Notes under the pieces: generated by a model | Databases searched by the model: none | Seen by the model: the letters and a program-made list of their open reading frames with translations, nothing else | Told to the model about the DNA's origin: nothing | Source of the DNA: an uncultured Gemmatimonadota bacterium | GTDB lineage: Bacteria; JAAXHH01 | Assembly (NCBI GenBank): GCA_951812955.1 | Contig: OX638340.1 | Span: forward strand, 1,760,001 to 1,824,000 | Reading direction: 5' to 3' | DNA length: 64,000 nucleotides | Program-made: the position numbers and the translations under genes | Part shown: positions 46,900 to 56,969 of the stretch, in pieces | Numbering within the stretch: the stretch's first letter is position 1 | Layout: the number at the start of each line of letters is the position of its first letter

Positions 46900-47625
46900 T
46901 CAGGCAACAATCATCAAAAGTCGCCCCAAACCGGACTGCGGTGTCAATCGATCCGCAAGGCGCATGGCTTCCCACATGGTCACCTGGTTCGCCGTCAGCA
47001 CCGTTTTCCCGACTGCAGCCTCGAGTTCGGGCAGGAAACCAGCGGTATGCAACGCGGTGTCGGGAATGAGCACAGTCTCCGCGTCCGGATGATCGTTGGC
47101 GCGCGCAAAACGCAGCACCTTGTCACGTTCGATCAGCGCGACCTCGTCACCCGACCAGGCACCGAGGCACCCCATTTTTACTACTTCGATGCCACCTGTT
47201 TCCAAAAAAGCGAGGAAGGCGTTTGACAGGGCCTCGGGGTAGGTCGAGGCAACGGCAACCCGCTTCAGTCCGAGCGCCTTTCCGGCGCTGAGGAACGCCA
47301 GCGATGTGCTCGAAGCCGGTACGCCGAGCGCATCCTCCAGCTCCTGTGCCTGGCGGCGCGCTCCCTCCACGCCAAAGGCAAAACTCCCGCTTGTACATGC
47401 CCACAGGCATACGTCGATATTATGCGGACGTAATTCCTTCGCTCCTGCCAACAGGTACTCCCGGCTGCCGGTGACCCGGCTCTCGTCGATACGATGCAGG
47501 TTTGGACTGCCGGTATGAACAACCTGAACCTCGACCGCAGGCTTCAGCGCGGCAGCAAGACGAGGGTAGTCGTCCTCCGCGGAATGAAGGGGGTAGAGTA
47601 TACCGACTTTCAGCTTGTTATTCAT
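46900..47625 (-). CDS. Asp/Glu/hydantoin racemase family protein (maleate isomerase / arylmalonate decarboxylase-like)
   Basis: Two-Cys family layout (CLWACTSGSF... and ...TALHTAGFL), 241 aa. Confidence 0.6.
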   Translation of the reverse strand: MNNKLKVGILYPLHSAEDDYPRLAAALKPAVEVQVVHTGSPNLHRIDESRVTGSREYLLAGAKELRPHNIDVCLWACTSGSFAFGVEGARRQAQELEDALGVPASSTSLAFLSAGKALGLKRVAVASTYPEALSNAFLAFLETGGIEVVKMGCLGAWSGDEVALIERDKVLRFARANDHPDAETVLIPDTALHTAGFLPELEAAVGKTVLTANQVTMWEAMRLADRLTPQSGLGRLLMIVA

Positions 47626-47778
47626 CCGTCTCGGTACCTCGTGCGAACCATATACGCATACGCTCTCGGCTCAAACCATTGCGGTCCGTCGCACTAGCCT
47701 ATACAGTTCGAAGCATGAGCCGTTGTAGTTCGTCGCGCAGTCCGTTACGCCTCCGAGCACGATTCCCCGCGCACGCCG

Positions 47779-48522
47779 TTATGGTTCGTCGCTCAAATAG
47801 TCATAAACAATCCGCGCATACCCCTCGGAATAGCTGCTCTCCATGTGGTAGGCATCGCCGTATTCCAGCGGCGTGAGCGGAGCGAGGTCGCACCGCGGGG
47901 AAGCGCCAAGGTCGATCGTACCCCGCCCCTTCGCGACGGAGTGGACTTCAACATCCTGGGCTGTTTCGCTGCAATCGATCAGCTGTTTGACGGCCGGCCC
48001 CGGACCGTCTGCCCTTGGAATAACCTTTAACCGCCAGGCCGGGGTAAGAGAAGGCATCGCTTCGCCCGGTGCATCCTTTTCCATGCTGGTATTTATACGC
48101 AATACGGGTTCACCACCATATGTGGTCTCCGTCACCATGCACCGGTCAACTTGCGTCACCTGCAACCCCGCGTACACTTTCGGCGTCCCGTAAATCTCCC
48201 TGCCCGCGGCGATACCGGCGGGGCCGTTATGAAAAACATGGGAACAGTAGAACCCGGTCTGATTCCTGAAGTGGCACTTCATAACGATAAAAGATTCCTG
48301 GAAGGGGCCGTAATTCTCGCAAATCGGTATATCCAATCCAGAGGCCACGCACAGCCCATCCTCCGCTGCTACCAATGGTTCCGGGAGAAAGCCCTGAACC
48401 GCGGCGGGCGCTGCGTGGAAGAACACGAATTGAAACCGGACGTTTCGATAGACCGCCGGCAGCGGTGGATAAAATGGGTTGTCAGGTGGAATGTTCCAGC
48501 CTTCGTCGTGTTTGAGTCCCAT
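47779..48522 (-). CDS. Acetoacetate decarboxylase (ADC) family protein
   Basis: Trimmed to MGLKHDEGW. N-terminal pattern PPDNPFYPPLPAVYRNVRFQFVFF...FLPEPL mirrors the ADC family N-terminus (P..P.Y...NRE...YRTD...PEPL). Confidence 0.55.
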   Translation of the reverse strand: MGLKHDEGWNIPPDNPFYPPLPAVYRNVRFQFVFFHAAPAAVQGFLPEPLVAAEDGLCVASGLDIPICENYGPFQESFIVMKCHFRNQTGFYCSHVFHNGPAGIAAGREIYGTPKVYAGLQVTQVDRCMVTETTYGGEPVLRINTSMEKDAPGEAMPSLTPAWRLKVIPRADGPGPAVKQLIDCSETAQDVEVHSVAKGRGTIDLGASPRCDLAPLTPLEYGDAYHMESSYSEGYARIVYDYLSDEP

Positions 48523-48739
48523 AATTAGATCTCTTGATTTCGGGGCCTGTGATGTACGCCTTAGACCAACGACGCTCTCGAGGGCCACGATTGAGGTGCG
48601 TCACTAAACAATTTCTGCCCGTCTGCTTTGTGTTTCATGATGCCAATCGGACCATGCATCTTGTCATTAACTTAATTGCCTCCCATATTAGGTAAAGGCT
48701 GGAATCACCATTATTCATATCGTAGATCCCGAATAGGAG

Positions 48740-50248
48740 ATGCGGAGCAGGTTCCCTGACCGCAGAGACGCAACCATGGCCAATTCAACGCCCAACATCA
48801 TCTACATCCTCGCGGACGACATGGGATACGGCGACATGGGGTGCAACAACCCCGATTCGAAGATCCCGACGCCCAACCTGGACCTGCTCGCCGAGGAAGG
48901 CATGCGGTTCACCGACGCCCACGCCCCGTCGAGCGTGTGCACGCCTAGCCGCTACGCCCTGCTGACCGGCCGCTACGCCTGGCGCACGCCTTTGAAGAAC
49001 AGCGTCCTTTGGCCCTACGATCCACCCCTGATCGAGCCCGGCCGGCTCACCGCGGCGGAGATGCTTCGCGGGCAGGGATACCGTACCGCCTGTATCGGAA
49101 AGTGGCATCTGGGCTGGGAGTGGACCACTCTGGACGGAAAGCCGGCTCACGAAGGCACGGCGGTGGGCAGGCCGGACCGTGAACTGCGGGAGGAACGGGA
49201 ACGTCAGGTCGATTTCGGCAAGCCCATGCGCGGAGGGCCAGTCGATTGCGGTTTCGACACGTATTTCGGCGTGGACGTCCCGAATTTCCCGCCCTACACC
49301 TGGTTTGAACAGGACCGCCTCGCCGGGGAGCCGACCGTACCCAAGCCCGATGAGATGTTCGGTTGGCCCGGAATCATGAAACAGGGCTGGACGCTCGAGG
49401 AGATGATTCCTGCATTCGTTCGCCGCGTGGTCAACTACATCCAAACATCCGGTCCCGATCCATTCTTTCTCTACTTTCCGCTCACTTCGCCCCACACGCC
49501 CATCGTGCCCAATACGCCGTTTAAAGGCCGCAGCGGCTCAGGACTTTACGGCGACTTCGTGTGCGAAGTGGACTGGGTCGTGGGCCAGGTCATGGCCGCG
49601 CTGGAACGCAAGGGCATTGCCGACGACACCTTGCTGGTCTTCACGAGCGATAATGGCCCGGAGTGCGCCCCCGCTGCGGACGGCGGAAGCTACGAACATG
49701 CACGGATCCACGGCCACTACAGCATGGGGGACCTGCGCGGCGTCAAGCGCGATACCTGGGAAGGCGGGCACCGCGTCCCCTTCCTCGCCCGGTGGCCGGA
49801 CGCGACACCCGCCGGCACGGTCTGCGACCAGCTTACCATCCTGGGAGATTTCATGGCGACCTGCGCGGAGTTGACCGGCGTCGATCTGCAGGAGGACGAA
49901 GGCGAAGACAGCGTGAGCATGCTTCCGCTGCTTCAGGGGGAAACCGGCGCTCCGGTGCGGGACTTCGCCATTCACCACAGTTGCCACGGGAAATTCGCCA
50001 TACGAAAAGGAAGTTGGGTATTTCTCGATTCCCAAAATGGGGACGACAACCGCGAACCCGATTGGTTCAAGGAAGAACGAGGCTACACCGCCCACGAATT
50101 CCCCGGCGAACTCTACAACCTCGAGGACGACATCTCGGAGCGGGTAAACAGGTATGGCGACCATCCGGATCTTGTCCGGGAGATGTCGCAGATGCTGGAA
50201 CGGGTGAAGTCGGAAGACATCTCGGAGAGGCCGTCGCCCACGGTGTGA
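48740..50248 (+). CDS. Arylsulfatase (Cys-type sulfatase family), apparently without a signal peptide
   Basis: SVCTPSRYALLTGRY (C-x-P-x-R formylglycine motif), ILADDMGYGD, GKWHLG. Likely start ATG 48776 (MANSTPNIIY). No hydrophobic leader. Confidence 0.85.
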   Translation: MRSRFPDRRDATMANSTPNIIYILADDMGYGDMGCNNPDSKIPTPNLDLLAEEGMRFTDAHAPSSVCTPSRYALLTGRYAWRTPLKNSVLWPYDPPLIEPGRLTAAEMLRGQGYRTACIGKWHLGWEWTTLDGKPAHEGTAVGRPDRELREERERQVDFGKPMRGGPVDCGFDTYFGVDVPNFPPYTWFEQDRLAGEPTVPKPDEMFGWPGIMKQGWTLEEMIPAFVRRVVNYIQTSGPDPFFLYFPLTSPHTPIVPNTPFKGRSGSGLYGDFVCEVDWVVGQVMAALERKGIADDTLLVFTSDNGPECAPAADGGSYEHARIHGHYSMGDLRGVKRDTWEGGHRVPFLARWPDATPAGTVCDQLTILGDFMATCAELTGVDLQEDEGEDSVSMLPLLQGETGAPVRDFAIHHSCHGKFAIRKGSWVFLDSQNGDDNREPDWFKEERGYTAHEFPGELYNLEDDISERVNRYGDHPDLVREMSQMLERVKSEDISERPSPTV

Positions 50249-50309
50249 TTAGTGATTCTGCCCCGAATGGCTGTGCAACGTATGTCGTACTTCCGGACTG
50301 AGTCAATCA

Positions 50310-50738
50310 TTGAGTGATTCAGGATACCCCGAGCCCACCGCCGGCGCACTGATTCAGGATCCGGAGGGCAGGATCCTGCTGCTCAAGTCCCACAAGTTCA
50401 AAGACCGGTACACCATACCCGGTGGGCATATCGAACTCGGGGAGACTGCGGAGGAGGCACTGCGAAGAGAGATTCGGGAAGAAACCGGGCTCGAGATCTA
50501 TGACGTGGAGTTCCTGCTCTATCAGGATTTTGTTTTTGACGACTCCTTCTGGAAGAAAAAGCACTTTATATTCCTGGATTTCGCCTGCAGGACCGACTGT
50601 ACTGAAGTAGAGCTAAACGAAGAAGCGCAGGATTACATCTGGTCGACCCCGGAAGACGCCCTGACGCTTCCGATTGACCGGTACACGGCCAGGGCTATCG
50701 AGGCCCTGGTGGCCAGGCGGAGTTCGAACGGGAAATGA
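50310..50738 (+). CDS. NUDIX hydrolase
   Basis: Nudix box GGHIELGETAEEALRREIREETGL. Confidence 0.85.
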   Translation: MSDSGYPEPTAGALIQDPEGRILLLKSHKFKDRYTIPGGHIELGETAEEALRREIREETGLEIYDVEFLLYQDFVFDDSFWKKKHFIFLDFACRTDCTEVELNEEAQDYIWSTPEDALTLPIDRYTARAIEALVARRSSNGK

Positions 50739-51385
50739 TTCGCTGTGTCCTCTTTGATCTGGATGGTACGCTGATCGATACCTGGAACCTCTACGTCCGG
50801 ACCATGGAGCGCACCCTCGAAGAGATCGACCACAAGAAAATCCCCGTTGACCAACTTGCGACGCTGCGGCTGAACTCCGAGCCACGGCTGCTGGGTCATT
50901 TCGTTCCACAGGACGAGGTGGGTAGCGCTCATCAGCGGTTTCTGGCGAACTACCATGCCCTTCATGCGTCTTGCTTCGGCGGAGTCTACCCGGGTGTTCA
51001 CGCGCTGTTGACATCCCTTCGAAATCGCGGTATCAGGACGGGGATCGTCACCGGAAAAAGCCGGGGTGCCTGGGAGATCACCCGACAGCACGTCCGGTTG
51101 GGTGACTTCGATACCCTGGTTTTCGATGACGATGTCTCTTTGCCCAAACCGGATTGCGAGGGGATCGTAAAAGCGATGGCCGACCTGGACGTCCCGCCAT
51201 CGGTGACGGTATACGTTGGTGATTCCCTGGATGACCTGAAAGCCGCGGACCGAGCGGGAGTCGGTTTTATTGGTGCAGGATGGTCGAAGACCGCTACGGA
51301 TATCGAGGCTTTCGAGCAGGCCGCCGCCGAGATCGGTCCGTATAACGGTTTGGACCATCCCGGCGAGGTTGAGCGGTTTTTGTAG
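50735..51385 (+). CDS. HAD family hydrolase (phosphoglycolate phosphatase-like)
   Basis: Motif I LFDLDGTLIDT, VTGKSR, YVGDSLDDLKAADRAG. 4-bp overlap with the NUDIX gene. Confidence 0.8.
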   Translation: MIRCVLFDLDGTLIDTWNLYVRTMERTLEEIDHKKIPVDQLATLRLNSEPRLLGHFVPQDEVGSAHQRFLANYHALHASCFGGVYPGVHALLTSLRNRGIRTGIVTGKSRGAWEITRQHVRLGDFDTLVFDDDVSLPKPDCEGIVKAMADLDVPPSVTVYVGDSLDDLKAADRAGVGFIGAGWSKTATDIEAFEQAAAEIGPYNGLDHPGEVERFL

Positions 51386-51403
51386 ATTCTGTTAAGCGGC
51401 GCC

Positions 51404-52303
51404 ATGGCAGAGGAGATCATCGTAGGAGGCGACCGCGACGGATCAGACCTTGGTGGAGGACCCATGCCGGACTATAACTACCATTTCCATCGCGATGATC
51501 TCAAGGCGGCCCTTGCGTGCCTGGATGAATACGGATTCTGCGTCATCCGGCAACTGATCGACCGGGAAATGGTCGCCGCGCTGAAGGAATCCATCGATCG
51601 GCAGCTGGACCCGGAAGGCGATCTGGCGCCGGCTTCCAACCGGTATCACATGGCCTTCGCCGAAGACAGCGAGCCTGTCTGGGACCTGGTCGAGAACCCG
51701 GATTACAAGCGGTTCATTCACACCGTGCACGGCACAACCGACCTTTGCCTGCATCGCTCCGCGGCCATACTGCGCACGCCGGGCGAGGGAATGGGCCGCT
51801 GGCACCAGGATCACCGGGGGCACATCGCCAGGCCGCAGCACGCCAACGACGTGCTGAACCGGTTTCCCATTCCGAGCGGCGCCTGGCTCTATCTCAATGG
51901 AAGCCATCCCGATCGCAGCGGCATCGCGGTCATCGAGAAATCCCACCATTTGGAGTGGGAAGGCCCCGAGGGTTACATCATGGGACCGAATCGCAGTGGT
52001 ATATATCCGGAGGGCGGTACCCCGGAAACTCCCTACGACGGCATGGCCGTGCCCGGGTGCGTCCCGGTCGTGGCAGATCCCGGGGACCTGATCTGCTTCG
52101 CCGCACTCACCTGGCACGCCAACATGGCCACTCGCGAACGGCGATACTCCTGCGGAATCGGGTTCCGCCCCAAGACCTGGCGCATTGACGCGCCCTGGCC
52201 ATTGCCCGATTCGGCCTTGGCCCTGGCTGAAAGACTCCCCGATCACCTCAAGCATTTTACCGAAGGTTACACGGGGTTTGACGGGGAGTGGAGGGCGGAG
52301 TGA
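51404..52303 (+). CDS. Phytanoyl-CoA dioxygenase (PhyH) family protein
   Basis: RWHQDHRG (H-x-D) and later LTWHANMA His. Likely start MPDYNYHFHRDDL at 51464. Confidence 0.7.
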   Translation: MAEEIIVGGDRDGSDLGGGPMPDYNYHFHRDDLKAALACLDEYGFCVIRQLIDREMVAALKESIDRQLDPEGDLAPASNRYHMAFAEDSEPVWDLVENPDYKRFIHTVHGTTDLCLHRSAAILRTPGEGMGRWHQDHRGHIARPQHANDVLNRFPIPSGAWLYLNGSHPDRSGIAVIEKSHHLEWEGPEGYIMGPNRSGIYPEGGTPETPYDGMAVPGCVPVVADPGDLICFAALTWHANMATRERRYSCGIGFRPKTWRIDAPWPLPDSALALAERLPDHLKHFTEGYTGFDGEWRAE

Positions 52304-52361
52304 CTCGGCGGAATGGCGTTATTACGTGTACACGCACAAACCAACCTGAGTAAGTCTACCG

Positions 52362-53057
52362 TTGATTTCAACTTTGTTCTTAGATGTCGGAGAGACCATT
52401 CTGGACGCCGAGGCGCAGCAAGACGCATTGACGGAAGTGCACAGAATGGTACTGAACGACTCTGGTTTTTCGTTGACGCAGGATGAATATAGACTGCTGT
52501 ACGAGGAGAAAATCCGGTCTTTCGTCCCCAGTGCAATGCACGCGATTACCTGGCACTTTGCTAGTCCGGACCATACCCTGCATAACGAGATCACCCGCGA
52601 GATTCGTGCGCACTATGGTGAAATCAGGAAAATAGGATGCCAACTCTATCCCGGAGTGGCCGAACTGCTTGAAAAGTTGGCGGATGGTTATTCGCTCGGA
52701 CTTGCCGCAAACGCTCCCGCTTCGGTCACGGACATCCTTGATGATTTAGGAGTGCTGTGCTGGTTCAGCCATACGGACGTATCCGGGAGTATCGGTATCA
52801 AGAAGCCGGACCATCGGTTCTTTGAAACCATCCTTACGCATGCAGACACGCGAGCGTCCGAAGCAATCATGATCGGCGACCGACTCGACAACGACATTAT
52901 ACCGGCCAGGCGTATCGGCATGAAGACGATCTGGGTACGATGGGGCCGCTATAGTATCTTGGAACCCCGCACTCCGGATGAAATCCCCGATAAGACCGTT
53001 ACCGACGTGCGGGAGGTACTGGACGCGGTAACCATGTTAAATTCGAGGTTATGGTAA
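52362..53057 (+). CDS. HAD-like hydrolase (degenerate motif I)
   Basis: TTG start per the ORF track. LFLDVGETIL replaces the usual DxD; motifs III/IV look HAD-like (GIKKPD; IGDRLDNDI). Confidence 0.5.
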   Translation: MISTLFLDVGETILDAEAQQDALTEVHRMVLNDSGFSLTQDEYRLLYEEKIRSFVPSAMHAITWHFASPDHTLHNEITREIRAHYGEIRKIGCQLYPGVAELLEKLADGYSLGLAANAPASVTDILDDLGVLCWFSHTDVSGSIGIKKPDHRFFETILTHADTRASEAIMIGDRLDNDIIPARRIGMKTIWVRWGRYSILEPRTPDEIPDKTVTDVREVLDAVTMLNSRLW

Positions 53058-53155
53058 CTATTCCGACATATAGAAATAGGAATTGAATTGATGTTTGGAA
53101 TCAGACAGTACAGTGGTTACTATAGATAAGGAAACTCTCGAAAGTTGGCGTATTT

Positions 53156-53356
53156 ATGAAGAAGACTGATACAGACAGATTCCGCCCTGAGTACTGCCGT
53201 GTAGATCTCGGTTCGGGCGTCCGGGGAAAGTACCTGAAGTCCTTCCAATCTGGAACTAACCTGGTATTGCTACATCCTGATGTAGCAAAGGCATTCCCCA
53301 CCGACGAGTCCGTAAACGCAGCTCTTCGTTCTTTAATGGACCAGGCGAAGGTATAG
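53156..53356 (+). CDS. BrnA-like / DUF4415-type antitoxin (orphan) on a low-GC patch
   Basis: RFRPEYCRVDLGSGVRGKYLKSF and LVLLHPDVAKAFPTDESVNAALRSL resemble the DUF4415/BrnA antitoxin pattern (EYDFS.A.RGK...LDPDV...F......N..LR). No BrnT-like ORF adjacent. Confidence 0.4.
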   Translation: MKKTDTDRFRPEYCRVDLGSGVRGKYLKSFQSGTNLVLLHPDVAKAFPTDESVNAALRSLMDQAKV

Positions 53357-53610
53357 GCAGACTCTAAAGAGTTTGTTGAAACCTCTAGCTGGTTGCGCTG
53401 TTCTTCCCCTCAACAACTCGCTTTGCTCTAACTGAACCCCGGTAATCGTCCTCTTGGGCTAGACCAGTACCGATTCTCCGGTCATAGACGCAGAATCCAC
53501 AGGTTCTTTCAGCGTGCGGTTCCTGTTGTTGCATATCTTGTTCAACGCGATATCTCGCGACTCGTGTTTAGGATACTGAAAGAACGAAAAGCGCAACGGA
53601 CTCTTAAGTA

Positions 53611-54333
53611 ATGAAAATCGCCATTTTGACTGATGTTCACGGAAACCTGCCGGCGCTAAAAGCAACTCTACGAGCCATCAGTCGAGAGGGTTGCGATGCA
53701 ATCTACCATACCGGAGACTGCATCGGAATTGGTCCGTATCCCGCGGAATGCCTGGATTTAATCCTGAACACACCACGTATGGTTCCGGTCATGGGCAATC
53801 ATGACGCCTGGTTCGCCTACGGCCTTCCCGATCCTCAACCCTCCTGGATGAGTGATGGCGAGGTGAGACATCAGCAATGGGTTCATTCCTGCCTCGATTC
53901 CTCGCTGCGAACCGTAGTCGGCGAATGGCCGTACCTGATACAGGAAGTATTCGAAGGCATCCGCGTGTCGTTCCTCCACTACGGCCTCAATGAATCAGGA
54001 CGGAACTTTGCGAAGTTCCACCAGGAACCCGAACCTGCCGATCTGGCTGAAATGTACGGTAGTCTGAATTCGGATTTGGTGTTTTACGGTCACCACCATT
54101 CAAATTCAGACATGGTGAGTAAAGCCAGGTATGTAAACCCGGGATCGCTGGGTTGTCATACCGAGGCAGTGGCGCGATTTGCAGTGCTTGTATGTCGAGC
54201 GTCGCGATATGAACTGGAAGTCCGCAGCATTTCATATGATGACAACGCTCTTTTTCGTGAATTCGAGAAACGCAAAGTTCCCGAGAGAGAGTTTTTAATC
54301 CGCGCCTTTTTCGGCGATAGATACCCGTTGTGA
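53611..54333 (+). CDS. Metallophosphoesterase (calcineurin-like phosphoesterase, YfcE-like)
   Basis: DVHGN, GDCIGIGP, GNHD, GHHH motifs. Confidence 0.85.
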   Translation: MKIAILTDVHGNLPALKATLRAISREGCDAIYHTGDCIGIGPYPAECLDLILNTPRMVPVMGNHDAWFAYGLPDPQPSWMSDGEVRHQQWVHSCLDSSLRTVVGEWPYLIQEVFEGIRVSFLHYGLNESGRNFAKFHQEPEPADLAEMYGSLNSDLVFYGHHHSNSDMVSKARYVNPGSLGCHTEAVARFAVLVCRASRYELEVRSISYDDNALFREFEKRKVPEREFLIRAFFGDRYPL

Positions 54334-54341
54334 GATGACTG

Positions 54342-55145
54342 GTGAAAATCAGTGACCTACCAGATCCCGTACGCGCACGCCTGAGAGGCTACTCGTCCGA
54401 CGGCCAAAACCTCCGAACCGAATCCTGCTCGGACGTGAATCTCTACACGCACAGGTTGGGGCGGAGGCCAGGCCTTATCCTGAAGACGAGAGACGTCCGG
54501 GTAAGGCCACAGGAACCGGACCTGCTGGCGGAAACCGTGGCTCTGACCTGGTTGCGGGAAAAACTCCCCGTGCCTGAATGCCGGTGTTTTCACGTAGAAG
54601 GCGATAAGCAATACCTGCTCATGACGCTTATGGAAGGCGTCACGGGTATTCATCCGGAAGCACTCGAAGATCCAGCGCATCTCATTCGGGAATTCGCGGA
54701 AGGCCTGCAGGCAGTACATGCGCTGGATATCGCTTCCTCTCCCCTGGATTGGCGCATGTCGCGATTCATTCCCTGGGCGGAAGGGTTGATTGAAAGCGGC
54801 ACGTTGGACGAGGACATCCCTGAAGGAAAGACCCGAACCTTTCTTTTTGAAAAGTTATCTGATATAAAGGAGGCGGTGCCGGGGGAGGAAGATCTCGTCT
54901 TTACTCACGGCGATTACTGTCTGCCCAACGTCATGTTTCAGGATGGCGGGCTGAACGGCTACATCGACGTGGGTTACGCCGGGGTCGGCGACCGGTACCT
55001 GGATCTCGTGGCGGCCCGCGGAACGATCCATCGGAACCTGGGGGAAGAGTGGATCGAACCGTTCTTCCAGGCATATGGTCTCGAGGAACCTGACCCGGCA
55101 AAACTGCATGCGTATCAAAAAGTGCATGATTGGGGAGACTGGTAG
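54342..55145 (+). CDS. APH(3')-like aminoglycoside/small-molecule phosphotransferase
   Basis: THGDYCLPNVMF and IDVGYAGVGDRYLDL closely match the APH(3') catalytic and DFG-like motifs (HGDFCLPN; IDCGRLGVADRYQDL). Confidence 0.75.
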   Translation: MKISDLPDPVRARLRGYSSDGQNLRTESCSDVNLYTHRLGRRPGLILKTRDVRVRPQEPDLLAETVALTWLREKLPVPECRCFHVEGDKQYLLMTLMEGVTGIHPEALEDPAHLIREFAEGLQAVHALDIASSPLDWRMSRFIPWAEGLIESGTLDEDIPEGKTRTFLFEKLSDIKEAVPGEEDLVFTHGDYCLPNVMFQDGGLNGYIDVGYAGVGDRYLDLVAARGTIHRNLGEEWIEPFFQAYGLEEPDPAKLHAYQKVHDWGDW

Positions 55146-55201
55146 CTTCGGCCGACTCGCTGATTGATTCACCAGTATCTGTAACCAACACGGAGTAGGG
55201 A

Positions 55202-56002
55202 TTGTACCGCAATCCACCCAGACTGTTGCAATATCAGGAAACATACGCAGCCCGCTTCAAGCAACGAAGCATGGCAGATTCGTATGAGCTCAGGCCTCCT
55301 TATCCGAATGAAACCTTCTCTATACTCCTGGGGTTGCTTGCGGAGCCGAAAGGTCGAGTACTTGACGTTGGGTGCGGTACCGGGAGAATAGCACGTTCAC
55401 TCGTCGATCACGTAGCGGGTGTGGACGCGGTCGACTTCTCCGGCGAGATGATCCGCGTGGGCAAATCGCTGGACAGGGGCGGCCACCCGAACCTGAACTG
55501 GCTCCATGGTCGAGTCGAAGAGGTTGAGCTGAAACCGGGTTACACTCTAGTGACCGCCGGAGCCAGCATCCATTGGATGGACTGGAACGTGGTTTTTCCG
55601 AGATTCGACGAGGTACTAAAGGCGGATGGATACGTCGCGATCATAGAAGGAGATCGTCCCTTTGATTCGCCGTGGGGTGAAGCAGAGCGCGAACTGATTC
55701 GACAGTATTCCACCAATCTACATTATCAGCAGATAGACCTGATCAAGGAACTTGTAGACCGAAACCACCTGCTTCCGGTTGGAGACCGGAGGACGGTGCC
55801 GGTCAACTTCTCCCAAACCGTGGCTGACTACGTTGAGTCCTTTCATTCGAGAGAGAGTATGTCCAGGGAACACATGGGTGACGGCAATGCGAAGGAATTC
55901 GACGCCGAGTTGTCCCGTATCCTGGCGGATTTCGCAGAAAATCAGGAGATGCTCCACTTCCAGTTGCAGACTAGAGTCGTCTGGGGCAGACCAATACCAT
56001 AG
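55202..56002 (+). CDS. Class I SAM-dependent methyltransferase
   Basis: VLDVGCGTGR (motif I). Confidence 0.75.
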   Translation: MYRNPPRLLQYQETYAARFKQRSMADSYELRPPYPNETFSILLGLLAEPKGRVLDVGCGTGRIARSLVDHVAGVDAVDFSGEMIRVGKSLDRGGHPNLNWLHGRVEEVELKPGYTLVTAGASIHWMDWNVVFPRFDEVLKADGYVAIIEGDRPFDSPWGEAERELIRQYSTNLHYQQIDLIKELVDRNHLLPVGDRRTVPVNFSQTVADYVESFHSRESMSREHMGDGNAKEFDAELSRILADFAENQEMLHFQLQTRVVWGRPIP

Positions 56003-56019
56003 AAAGATGAAAGACCCCC

Positions 56020-56853
56020 ATGAACATCCCCCACGCCGAAGTCGAGACCCTCCTTCGTGAGGCAGCCGATCAGATCGTCATGCCGCTGTGGAAAAACCTC
56101 GGCGAGGAGGATGTGACCGAGAAAAGTGAGGGTGATCTGGCGACGATCGCGGATACACGGTGCGAGGCGTTCCTGGCATCTCATCTGCCCGGGTTGATCG
56201 GCGGCTCGCTGGTGCTCGGAGAAGAGAGTGTCCACGAAGACCCGGGCCTGTTGTCCGCGCTGCATACGGATGCGCCTGTCTGGGTCATCGACCCCCTGGA
56301 TGGAACGCGATATTTCGCGGCAGGCCAATCGCAATTCGCCATCATGGTCTGCCTCATCCATTCGGGTGTGACCATCGGCGCATGGATTCTCAATCCGCTG
56401 GATGGCATCCTGACGAGCGCGGAGAGGGGGTGCGGAACCTACCAAGGAAGTAAGCGCCTGTCCGTGGATCCTTCTCGCCTTCCTCTGGAACGTGCTCGGG
56501 GCGTGGCGATGACGTGGTACCTCCCGGACTCCCTGAAGCCCACCGCCGATGCCGCGTCAGATACCTTTCTGTTCATCGAACGCACCCGGTGCGCCGGTTA
56601 TAATTATCCTTCGTTCGCGAAGAGCGAACTACATTTCCTTTTCTTCTATCGCACCCTGGTCTGGGATCATGCACCGGGCGTCCTGATCGCGCAGGAGGCG
56701 GGCGGCTTCGTTCGAAGACTTGACGGTACCGAATATTCACCGGCGGATGACCGCAAGGGCTACTGTGTGCTACGAACAGGGAAATGTGGGCGTTTATACA
56801 AAAGAGGCTGGTTCCGAGTATTTCGGTTGTCCGTTCAGATTAGTGCGTTGTGA
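56020..56853 (+). CDS. Inositol monophosphatase / CysQ family phosphatase
   Basis: WVIDPLDGTRYF (DPxDGT) and WDHAPG (WD-x-AAG-like). C-terminal 30 aa look atypical. Confidence 0.7.
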   Translation: MNIPHAEVETLLREAADQIVMPLWKNLGEEDVTEKSEGDLATIADTRCEAFLASHLPGLIGGSLVLGEESVHEDPGLLSALHTDAPVWVIDPLDGTRYFAAGQSQFAIMVCLIHSGVTIGAWILNPLDGILTSAERGCGTYQGSKRLSVDPSRLPLERARGVAMTWYLPDSLKPTADAASDTFLFIERTRCAGYNYPSFAKSELHFLFFYRTLVWDHAPGVLIAQEAGGFVRRLDGTEYSPADDRKGYCVLRTGKCGRLYKRGWFRVFRLSVQISAL

Positions 56854-56969
56854 ACCAATATCCATGGGATTACGTGATGTTTTTGATTCCGGCGCGGGAG
56901 AACCGGCACAGGTGTCATAGGAACAGACCCTCGGTCTAGAATTGTCAGTCACGAATCGGGAGGCGCGGG

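Noticed and set aside
48785-50164. Minus-strand ORFs of 236 and 208 aa, plus several 60-210-aa plus-strand ORFs in other frames, inside the sulfatase gene
   Set aside because: They overlap the gene with the clear CTPSR signature and have composition-driven, Arg/Ala-rich translations.
56700-56853. Possible frameshift at the 3' end of the IMPase/CysQ-like gene (alternative frame 56720..56920)
   Set aside because: The current C-terminus looks atypical, but neither alternative frame gives a recognisable IMPase C-terminal motif. Evidence is insufficient to call a frameshift.
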